Assembly: GCA_900234795.1 (NCBI GenBank) | Contig: LT962688.1 | Coordinates: 4,710,001 to 4,742,000 of the forward strand | Reading direction: 5' to 3' | Origin: Methylorubrum extorquens | Lineage (GTDB): Bacteria > Pseudomonadota > Alphaproteobacteria > Rhizobiales > Beijerinckiaceae | Length of the DNA stretch: 32,000 nucleotides | Shown: one piece after another, positions 24,801 to 32,000 of the stretch | How the letters are laid out: the number at the start of each line of letters is the position of its first letter | Position numbering within the stretch: the first letter of the stretch is position 1 | Notes under the pieces: model-generated | What the model was told of the DNA's origin: nothing | Seen by the model: only the letters and a program-made list of their open reading frames with translations | Databases searched by the model: none | Made by a program: the position numbers and the translations under genes

Positions 24801-25934
24801 TCAGTTCGTGCGAGGCCGTGCTCTGGCCCGGAGCGTGATACGCGTCAGCTCGGACGGAGGACCTAATCGGAGGGCGAAGCCCGGCCACAGCGCCGTCCCG
24901 TTGTTGACGTAAAGCGTCATACCACCGACCGCGTATGCGCCCGAGACGAAGCCGCCGTTCGCCCGCGCGACCAGCCTATCGAGGCCCACGATCATCCCGC
25001 CGTGCGTGTGACCCGACAGTTGCAGGGCCACACCCTTCATGGCCGCCCTGGCCGCATCCCTCGGCTGATGGTCGAGGAGGATGATCGGGGCGCCGACCGG
25101 AGCATCGGCCAACGCCACATCGAGGTCGTGGGCCGGCTGGCCGGAATGCGAGGCCGAAAGGTCGGTCACACCAGCCAGGACTAGGGCATCATCACCGCGC
25201 CTCAGGACCGTGTGCCAGTTGGCAAGCACGGCCATGCCCAACTCGGCATAGTGGCGCATCCACGCCGTGTACTCGAAGAAGTATTCGTGGTTGCCGGGGA
25301 TCAGCCAGACCCCATCGGCGGCCCGGAGATCACGCAGCGGTTCGACGTCGGCACGACGGGTGGCGAGGGACCCGTCGATCAGGTCACCGGTGATGACGAT
25401 AAGATCGACACCGAGCGCGTTGGATCGCGCCACGACCTCGCGCGTCCAACTCGCCGGGAACAGGCGGCTGATATGCAGGTCCGTCAGCTGGAGAAGGGTA
25501 TAGCCGTCGAAGCCGGCCGGGAGGTTCTCGATCTCGACGGTGACATCCTTCAGCGGGGGCACCCGCACGGCCTGCTGCACCGCGACCGCCGACAGAAGCA
25601 TGGCCAGAGCTGCCTCGGCGTAGCGCCACGTCGCCGGCAGCGACCAACTGCCTCCAGGCACGAGCTTGCTGGCCAACGCCACGACATCGAGCGCCAATTG
25701 CATCGCCGCCAACAGGAAGATCGCGCCGAAGGCCCAGTTGAACAGGATGACCAACGCGCGCGGAAACTCGGGTGAGAACACGGAGCCCGATGAGAGGCGG
25801 CTCCACAGGTGGTACTGGGATGCAACGAGCAGGAGGACCGCAACGCAGGCCTTCAGCGCGAACGGCCAAGGCAGGGGCCACAGCACCCTGGCGATGACGT
25901 ACAGGCAGGGCAGACCGAAGATCAGGTGAAACAT
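24801..25934 (-). CDS. Membrane-anchored calcineurin-like metallophosphoesterase (YkuE/YaeI/LpxG-like architecture)
   Basis: N-terminal hydrophobic helices ([23 protein letters not shown]...). Motifs [32 protein letters not shown] 25934 is preferred over the ORF-track start at 26072, which would overlap the upstream gene. Confidence 0.85.
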   Translation of the reverse strand: MFHLIFGLPCLYVIARVLWPLPWPFALKACVAVLLLVASQYHLWSRLSSGSVFSPEFPRALVILFNWAFGAIFLLAAMQLALDVVALASKLVPGGSWSLPATWRYAEAALAMLLSAVAVQQAVRVPPLKDVTVEIENLPAGFDGYTLLQLTDLHISRLFPASWTREVVARSNALGVDLIVITGDLIDGSLATRRADVEPLRDLRAADGVWLIPGNHEYFFEYTAWMRHYAELGMAVLANWHTVLRRGDDALVLAGVTDLSASHSGQPAHDLDVALADAPVGAPIILLDHQPRDAARAAMKGVALQLSGHTHGGMIVGLDRLVARANGGFVSGAYAVGGMTLYVNNGTALWPGFALRLGPPSELTRITLRARARPRTN

Positions 25935-25969
25935 GAACCGTCCGAGCGGGGCGAGGGTTGGCGCAACCG

Positions 25970-27022
25970 CTACGAGCGGGGACGATATCGGCGTGATGGG
26001 TGCCGCGACGATTCCGGGACGAGGTAAGCTGTGGGCACCACGGCGAGGAGCGGGCTCCAGGCCTCGCTCCATGACGACAACGGTGAGGGGTCGCCTCGGA
26101 ATGCCAGGTCGAGGAAGGCCAGCGCGCCTTCCGCGGTCGCCTGTTTGACCTGCGGATTGAGGGTTACTCCGCCTGTCAGCAGCCGGTCGGTGAAGATGCT
26201 GTGCGACCCGCCCTGGAAGACCGCCAGCGCCTTCCTTGTCGTCCCGACCGCCTCGTAGACCTCAAGACGATCCTGCACGGGCGACCGTCGACCGGGCAAC
26301 GCGATGACGTCCGCAGTCGCGGTCACGTGGAAGGTTGGGATGGTGATGGCCCCGAGCACGGCGTGCAGGTCGCGCTCGCCGTAGAACGGCGGCGCCGAGA
26401 TGACGATGCCGGCCTTGAAGCGCATGTCCCTACGATCGATTGTCCGCCCTTCGCGAACAACGCGCGCCCCGCCGACGATCAAGGTCGTGTTCGCACCGTA
26501 GGAATGGCCAGCGGCGACGATACGCGCCCGGTCGATCAACGCGGCGAAGGCGCTGTCCTTGTCGAGGATCCGGTCCAGAGCGAAGCTCATGTCGGCGGCC
26601 CGAGCGATCGCCTCGCGTTCGTCCGCTGCCACGTTCACGCGATCGAGAACCTCGAACGGATTGCCAGCCCAGACGCTGCCGTCGCTCCCGACATGCTGCA
26701 CGTGAAGGCTCGCGTAGCCGTTGGCCGCCCAGTGGCGCCCAAGATAGCTGTAGCCGGTCCGCGACTGACCGAGGCCGTGCGAGAAGACGATCAGGGGAAC
26801 AGGCCCCGCCGGTACCCCGGGCGACGGCCAGTACAAGCGCGCCGGCACGCGGCGGTCGCGACGGGCATCGACCCAGTCCAGATCGGCGATACGGACGTCC
26901 TCGGGCGCCGCCTCAGCCGGACAGATCGCGCGCGTGACCACGCCTGTCGCGAAGCCGCCGACAACCATGGCCGTGAAGCGACGCCGGCTGTAGCCGAGGC
27001 GCGGGATTGCGTCTTCCCTCAC
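25970..27022 (-). CDS. Tat-signal alpha/beta hydrolase (lipase / PAF-acetylhydrolase / dienelactone-hydrolase-like)
   Basis: Twin-arginine signal [18 protein letters not shown]...AEA. Nucleophile elbow AAGHSYGAN. 35-nt gap to the downstream phosphoesterase gene. Confidence 0.8.
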   Translation of the reverse strand: MREDAIPRLGYSRRRFTAMVVGGFATGVVTRAICPAEAAPEDVRIADLDWVDARRDRRVPARLYWPSPGVPAGPVPLIVFSHGLGQSRTGYSYLGRHWAANGYASLHVQHVGSDGSVWAGNPFEVLDRVNVAADEREAIARAADMSFALDRILDKDSAFAALIDRARIVAAGHSYGANTTLIVGGARVVREGRTIDRRDMRFKAGIVISAPPFYGERDLHAVLGAITIPTFHVTATADVIALPGRRSPVQDRLEVYEAVGTTRKALAVFQGGSHSIFTDRLLTGGVTLNPQVKQATAEGALAFLDLAFRGDPSPLSSWSEAWSPLLAVVPTAYLVPESSRHPSRRYRPRS

Positions 27023-27606
27023 AGGGGCCTGCCTCTTTGAGACGGTGGCGACATCGACACACGTCGCTGGCTAAGGCACTTGCCGGCCTGAACGCGGTGA
27101 GGAGGCGCACACCGCGGGCGGCCGTCGTCGCAGCCATTTCACCGATGACAATCGCCAGCGGAAAACCGCCTCCTCTGACCGCATGGGTCGAAGGTCCAAT
27201 AGCGGCGCATAGTTCGAACAAGCGGCGTACGAATTCTAACCCGAGCGGTCTCCCGGGCCGCGGCTGGCGGAGGTGACAGTTCTCTGACGGCTGCCATCCA
27301 GGCGGCTCACGGATTCATTGCCGTCCCGTTCGGCTATTCGGTCGGCGGTGAGGTGTGGAACGCGGGCGACATTCGAGATGTCGCCCCGGACCGAACGGCC
27401 GAGGCTTTGGCTGTGCTTCACAGTCTGCCGCTACGGTGTCTCCCGCGGAGCCGAAAACGCCTTGCCGCGGGCAACGCACACCCCGGAAGTGCATCTGTTG
27501 GCGGGCCAGGACGATAACCCGCATGGCGAGGATGGAACGAGCACCACCGCACGCTCATCACGCTCCAGCGGCGAACGTTGGGGGCCGCTTAGGGTGGAAA
27601 GCCGCT

Positions 27607-27652
27607 GTTCAGCGCGCGGATGCTGAACGTCGGCTCTGCGTCAGCAGCCGAC
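27607..27652. other. Two abutting hairpins GTTCAGC-N8-GCTGAAC and GTCGGCT-N10-AGCCGAC
   Basis: Arms at 27607-27613/27622-27628 and 27629-27635/27646-27652, inside an 820-bp divergent intergenic region. Confidence 0.35.
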
Positions 27653-27842
27653 ATTCAACTCGTTAGGCCGGAATGGCCGCTCTCGACGCTCTGCGGACGT
27701 TTCGTACGATCATCCCCGACCATATAATCCCCTGACACCATGAGTTTTTGTGCAAGTGGCATTTTAGCAGCAGGCAGATCGGCCAACATCGGTTCTAAGC
27801 GGACGTGCTGGAGCACTGCTCACCCAAGGCCCTCGCAGGATC

Positions 27843-28835
27843 ATGACCGTAAGCAACAGGCCAATTCGACACGTCTCGGTAGTGTTGGGCGTATTGCTCA
27901 CTCTCGCCATTCCGTCCTCTGCTCAGGCCAAACCAAGTGACAAGCCTCAGACGGAACAGAACGGTTCGCCGGGAGGCAGCGCAGACAAGGATCAGAAGGC
28001 AGAGAAGTCCGACAAGAAGGACGTCGATACCGAGCACCTGTTCGGCTTCACGGAGGGCGCTGATGCCGGAGAGAAGGGTGAACAGGAAGTCGTAATCGAT
28101 ACCGTCACACGCGTCAGCAAGCGCAGAGACGGTCCGGGCCCATCGACCTATCGTGTGCTCGATACGCGGTTCGCCTACCAGTTCAACCCCATCGACAAGC
28201 TGAGTATCGAATTCAGCGCTTTCGGCACGCTGCGGCGGCAACGCAACATCGTGGATCTGGACGACAAATCCTACGGCACCTTCGACGGTGTCTCCATGGA
28301 GGTGAAGTACCAGTTTCTGAAAGGTACGAAGAAGCAGCCATTGGGGCTCGCCCTGGAGGTGCGTCCCCGATTTACGCGTATCCTGCCCGTTGAAGGCAAT
28401 GGCGCCAACATCTTCGACCTTGAGAGCCTGCTCCAGCTCGACGTTCAGGTGGTGCCGGACAAGCTCTGGTACGGTAGCAACATCAGCTTCGAGCCCGCCG
28501 CTGGCCGCCAGCGGGGTGGTGGTCCTGGCTACCGCTCCTCGACATTCCTGTGGTCGAACGTCCTGGTAGGACGGATTGGGGAGAACACGTATTTCGGTCC
28601 GGAAGTACGCTACCTACGCGGCTATGAGGGAATTTTCCTAAACCAGCTGGAGAGCGAAGCGCTCACTGTGGGACCCGCCCTGCATCATAGGTTTACTGAG
28701 AAGATCTGGCTGACAGCAGCGTATGCGGGGCAGGTTTGGGGTCGGGATGCTGATCCGGCCCTCGCTGGCCGTGCCCTTGGGCTCAACCAGTTCGAGCGGC
28801 ACAACGTTCGGGTCAAGTTTGGCATGGAGTTCTAA
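27843..28835 (+). CDS. Putative outer-membrane beta-barrel protein with Sec signal and charged low-complexity linker
   Basis: Signal VSVVLGVLLTLAIPSSAQA/KP. K/D/E/Q-rich linker. Alternating amphipathic strands. C-terminal VKFGMEF ending in Phe, which is a BAM beta-signal type. Confidence 0.7.
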   Translation: MTVSNRPIRHVSVVLGVLLTLAIPSSAQAKPSDKPQTEQNGSPGGSADKDQKAEKSDKKDVDTEHLFGFTEGADAGEKGEQEVVIDTVTRVSKRRDGPGPSTYRVLDTRFAYQFNPIDKLSIEFSAFGTLRRQRNIVDLDDKSYGTFDGVSMEVKYQFLKGTKKQPLGLALEVRPRFTRILPVEGNGANIFDLESLLQLDVQVVPDKLWYGSNISFEPAAGRQRGGGPGYRSSTFLWSNVLVGRIGENTYFGPEVRYLRGYEGIFLNQLESEALTVGPALHHRFTEKIWLTAAYAGQVWGRDADPALAGRALGLNQFERHNVRVKFGMEF

Positions 28836-28895
28836 CTTGGGTTCGCCTCGGCACCGAGGTTGACCTTCGAATTGGCGGCCACCGTCTGCGTCTGA

Positions 28896-29099
28896 TTGGC
28901 AGCGGTGCCGATCTATTCCATGGCCAAAGCGGCCATCAACAGCCCGACCCACGCCCGCGCCGCGTTCCGCCTGAACATTGGCCTCAGCCGCCCGTGCAGG
29001 CCGGAAGTCGTCGTCGCCGTGTTCCTCGCATCCGACCGGGCGGGCTTCGTCACCGGGACGAACCTGCGCGTCGCTGGCGGGTCGGTGTCGACGCTCTGA
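28896..29099 (+). pseudogene. Remnant of a short-chain dehydrogenase/reductase (SDR) gene
   Basis: Catalytic YSMAKAAIN (YxxxK) is followed almost directly by the C-terminal PEVVVAVFLASDRAGFVTGTNLRVAGG. The N-terminal Rossmann part and the middle are missing. No proper start. Confidence 0.65.
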
Positions 29100-29119
29100 C
29101 CGGATCGCGGTAGCCTCGC

Positions 29120-29656
29120 ATGATGCCCTCTATTTCCCCGGCATCGCGGAAGCGAACCGACGTCAGGCCCGTCCCGCTGCCCTCCGACTGCGCCGTGACC
29201 TCCTGGTACGCCGGCGCCGACCTCGCCGATGCCTTCGCGGTGAGGCTGCCCGGGCCGGGGCCGCACGACTTGTCCAGGCTTGCCGAGGATGCGCTTTCGA
29301 ACCCAGCCGCCTGGGTCACCCTGGCCATGTGGTTGCGCGACGGGGCCGTGCGTCCCTTCGGGGTGCGGACGTCGGGCCAAATCCGTACCCAGTTGGAGAC
29401 CGGCGGACGGGACCGGATCGGTTTCTTCCCCGTGCTCTCGCGCTCGGACCGGGAGATCGTGCTCGGCGAGGACGACCGCCACCTCGATTTCCGCCTGTCG
29501 CTGCTTCTGGTCACGCGCGACGATGGACGGGAAGACCTCACCGCCACCAGCGTGGTCCGCTGCCATAACCTGTTCGGGCGCGCTTACCTCGCCGCCATCC
29601 ACCCCGGGCACGTACGCGTCGTCCGCTCCGCCCTGGCAAGGGCCGGGATGCGCTGA
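29120..29656 (+). CDS. DUF2867 domain-containing protein
   Basis: DAFAVRL ... PAWVTLAMWLRDGAVRPFG ... FFPVLSRSDREIVLGEDDRHLDFRLSLL ... GRAYLAAIHPGHVRVVRSAL fits my recollection of DUF2867, a domain often fused or adjacent to NAD-binding SDR/NmrA-like proteins. Confidence 0.7.
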   Translation: MMPSISPASRKRTDVRPVPLPSDCAVTSWYAGADLADAFAVRLPGPGPHDLSRLAEDALSNPAAWVTLAMWLRDGAVRPFGVRTSGQIRTQLETGGRDRIGFFPVLSRSDREIVLGEDDRHLDFRLSLLLVTRDDGREDLTATSVVRCHNLFGRAYLAAIHPGHVRVVRSALARAGMR

Positions 29657-29714
29657 ATGTGCCGCCGCGCGTCCCGAACGGCACTTTGACCCGCCCTGGC
29701 AGGGAATCGTGTCC

Positions 29715-31625
29715 TCAGATGTCGATCCGGGCGCCGATCTCGACGGCCCTGTCGACCGGGATGCGGAAGTAGCGGGACGCGTCCGTCGCCGCGCGCGCCA
29801 TGGCGATGTAGAGCCGGTCCTGCCAGACCGGCATGCCGGTCTCCGGCGAGGGCACCAGGACCCGCCGGGTCAGGAAGTAGGACAGGTTGCTCGCGTCGAA
29901 GCCGGCTGCGGCCAAGGCACGGGGCAGGTCCGGCAACTCCATGAACCCGAAGCGCACCGTCACGCAGGTGAAGACGTCCGAGAGCGGCTTGACCGTCACG
30001 CGGTCCGCCTGAAGCACTCGCGGCAGGTCCTCGGTGACCACGTGCAGGATGACGTTGCGGGCATGCAGCACGTGGTTGTGCTTCACGTTGTGCATCAAGG
30101 CCCCGGGCGTGTCGCCCGGCGAGCCGGTCAGGAACACGGCCGTGCCCGGTGCCCGCAGGACCGAGCCGGTCTCGGCCATGCGCGTGAAGTTCGACAGGGG
30201 AACGCGGCGCCGGTGGATCTCCTCAGCAACCAGGGCCGAACCGCGCCGCCAGGTCCACATGGCCGTCACAAGGGCCGCCCCGATGGTCAGCGGCACCCAG
30301 CCGCCATGGAGCAGCTTGAGCGCGTTGGCGGACAGGAACACCAACTCGATGAGCAGGAACGGAGCGATGACCACGGCCGCCAGCACGGGTGACCAGCGCC
30401 ATGCCTTCCAGGCAACGATGAAAAGCAGGCTCGCCGTGATGACCATGTCGCCAGTGACCGCAATGCCGTAGGCCGCCGCCAGCGCGCTCGACGACTTGAA
30501 CAGCACCACCAGGAACACGACGGCCACGAGCAGCCACCAGTTCACCCGCGGAATGTAGATCTGCCCCTTCTCCGTCTCGGAGGTCCGCTGCACGCGCATG
30601 CGCGGCAGCAACCCGAGCTGCATGGCCTGCTGGGTGATCGAGAAGGTGCCGGTGATGACGGCCTGGCTCGCGATGACGGTCGCCACGGTGGCGAGCAGCA
30701 CCATCGGCAGCAGGGCCCAGGACGGGTAGAGCAGGAAGAACGGGTTCTCGATGCGCTCGGGATGGGCGAGCAGCATGGCGCCCTGTCCCAGGTAATTCAG
30801 GGCGAGCGCCGGCAGGATCAGGCCGAACCATGCCGCACGGATCGGCGAACGGCCGAAATGGCCCATGTCGGCGTAGAGCGCCTCCGCTCCGGTCACGGCC
30901 AGGAAGACGGCGCCGAGCGCTAGCAAGCCGGCCGTGCCATGGTTGAGTAGGAAACTGACGCCGTAGGCCGGGTTGAAGGCCGCCAGGATGCTCAGGTCGT
31001 CGGCGAGATGGCTGAGGCCGCCGAGCGCCATGACGACGAACCAGAACGCCGTGATCGGCCCGAAGAAGGTCGCCACCCGCGCCGTGCCATGGCTCTGGAC
31101 CGCGAACAGGCCGATCAGGATAGCAAGGCTGAGGGGCAGCACGTACGGCTCGAAGGCCGGGGTGACGAGCTTCAACCCTTCGACGGCGGACAGCACCGAG
31201 ATGGCCGGGGTGATGATGGCGTCGCCGTAGAACAGGGCGATGCCGACCATGCCGAGCACGATGACGAAACTTCCGGACTGGCCGAGCACCCGCTGGGCGA
31301 GCGCCACCAGGGAGGGCGTGCCGCCTTCACCCTCGTTGTCGGCGCGCATGACGAGCAGCACGTACTTCAGCGTCACGATGAGGATGAGGGCCCACAGGAT
31401 CAGCGAGACGACGCCAAACACCATGTCGCGCGTCGGGGCGTGCCCCCCGCCTGCGGCAGCGTGCAGAGATTCCTTCAGCGCGTAGAGTGGGCTGGTCCCG
31501 ATGTCGCCGTAAACGATGCCGACGGATCCGAGGGTCAGCGCCCAAAAGCTCGTCTTGGAGCCGTGGCCCGCATCGGCCGACGGCGGCGTCTGCAAGGCCG
31601 AGAGTTCAGTTGTGGAACCCGACAT
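29715..31625 (-). CDS. kup: Potassium uptake protein Kup (KUP/HAK/KT family)
   Basis: 636 aa. N-terminal FWALTLGSVGIVYGDIGTSPLYALKE hallmark, 12 TM region and a cytoplasmic C-terminal domain. Confidence 0.95.
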   Translation of the reverse strand: MSGSTTELSALQTPPSADAGHGSKTSFWALTLGSVGIVYGDIGTSPLYALKESLHAAAGGGHAPTRDMVFGVVSLILWALILIVTLKYVLLVMRADNEGEGGTPSLVALAQRVLGQSGSFVIVLGMVGIALFYGDAIITPAISVLSAVEGLKLVTPAFEPYVLPLSLAILIGLFAVQSHGTARVATFFGPITAFWFVVMALGGLSHLADDLSILAAFNPAYGVSFLLNHGTAGLLALGAVFLAVTGAEALYADMGHFGRSPIRAAWFGLILPALALNYLGQGAMLLAHPERIENPFFLLYPSWALLPMVLLATVATVIASQAVITGTFSITQQAMQLGLLPRMRVQRTSETEKGQIYIPRVNWWLLVAVVFLVVLFKSSSALAAAYGIAVTGDMVITASLLFIVAWKAWRWSPVLAAVVIAPFLLIELVFLSANALKLLHGGWVPLTIGAALVTAMWTWRRGSALVAEEIHRRRVPLSNFTRMAETGSVLRAPGTAVFLTGSPGDTPGALMHNVKHNHVLHARNVILHVVTEDLPRVLQADRVTVKPLSDVFTCVTVRFGFMELPDLPRALAAAGFDASNLSYFLTRRVLVPSPETGMPVWQDRLYIAMARAATDASRYFRIPVDRAVEIGARIDI

Positions 31626-31726
31626 CCGACGCTTCCTCCGAACACGGGCAGTTCCCGCCAGGATCGGCCTTCAACGGCCAAACGGCTCGGTTCGTTCGCG
31701 GCAAAAGCATCTTGCTCGGGCAAGCC

Positions 31727-32000
31727 TTACCATTCCCACATGCCACCCGAGGGCTGGCTCGGACATCCGAGGAACCATCGCTGCGGCCACTGACCTTCGC
31801 TCCCCGCGCCCGGTGGACTGCCGGGATCCCAGGGAAAGTTTCGGTGATCGGCAAGCCAATCCGACACGCTCGCCGGCGCGGCGGCACCGGCCTGCCCGGC
31901 CACGACCGTATCGACGACGAGCTTGGCGACATAGAGAATCAAGGCAGGGATGGCCGCGCGGGCAAGGCGCAAACCGATACTGGCGAGCGTCAGGGTACGG
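31727..32000 (-). pseudogene. N-terminal fragment of an ABC exporter (fused permease/ATPase type), apparently truncated; start outside the window
   Basis: The minus frame is open to the window edge: ...RTLTLASIGLRLARAAIPALILYVAKLVVDTVVAG resembles the first TM region of MsbA-like exporters. The coding signal (third-position GC) collapses after about 31866, and the ORF stops at 31727, just upstream of kup. Confidence 0.3.

Noticed and set aside
27607-27652. Twin hairpins as an ANTAR (NasT/AmiR-type) antitermination target.
   Set aside because: ANTAR targets have two stems with hexanucleotide loops carrying A at position 1 and G at position 4. These loops are 8 and 10 nt (or CGCGGA with a G-U closing pair) and do not fit.
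1-32000. CRISPR arrays, rRNA or tRNA genes, integrase/att sites, and recognisable phage or defence-system genes.
   Set aside because: By eye I found no regularly spaced direct repeats, no rRNA- or tRNA-like conserved blocks, and no ORFs with integrase, restriction, Cas or other defence hallmarks. Absence should be confirmed with tRNAscan, Rfam and defence-system HMM tools.

Overview
High-GC DNA with alphaproteobacterial (Rhizobiales/Methylobacterium-like) codon usage. The taxon cannot be verified without a search. All family calls come from motifs read in the supplied translations, third-position GC periodicity and gene context. No database search or folding program was run.

Gene order, left to right:
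- 3' part of a rubredoxin-reductase-like flavoprotein gene, then an NrtABC/CmpABC-type ABC importer (1-4160).
- A sulfur/metal locus (4533-8462): a YgaV/BigR/SqrR-type ArsR regulator, a convergent P1B-type ATPase with a TPCP motif and no metal-binding domain, a divergent YeeE/YedE pair, and a TauE/SafE remnant.
- An RND adaptor plus pump with no outer-membrane factor or regulator (8713-13040).
- A PPK2 gene cut by an IS3-family element (13352-14634).
- A lone BcsA-like GT2 synthase whose PilZ motifs look degenerate (14665-16683).
- About 0.8 kb of AT-richer non-coding DNA with nested hairpins and a 37-codon hydrophobic ORF.
- A minus-strand operon of an FNT channel and a fused PP2C phosphatase/Hanks kinase, separated by a strong hairpin (17750-20372).
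- A divergent DUF2252 gene.
- A lower-GC stress islet: a DUF892 ferritin-like gene behind an EcfG-like promoter, small ORFs, and a DUF1476/zeta-like paralog.
- An operon of a membrane metallophosphoesterase and a Tat-signal alpha/beta hydrolase.
- A beta-barrel outer-membrane protein, an SDR remnant plus DUF2867, kup, and a truncated ABC-exporter N-terminus at the right edge.

The window is a mosaic with at least four or five decayed genes and one IS. I saw no rRNA, tRNA or CRISPR array.

The most interesting candidates are:
- the FNT plus kinase/phosphatase module;
- the shared AT-rich operator that links a persulfide-type regulator to a P1B-5-like ATPase;
- the orphan BcsA-like synthase;
- the Cys/His N-terminal extension ahead of the Tat signal of the NrtA-like protein.
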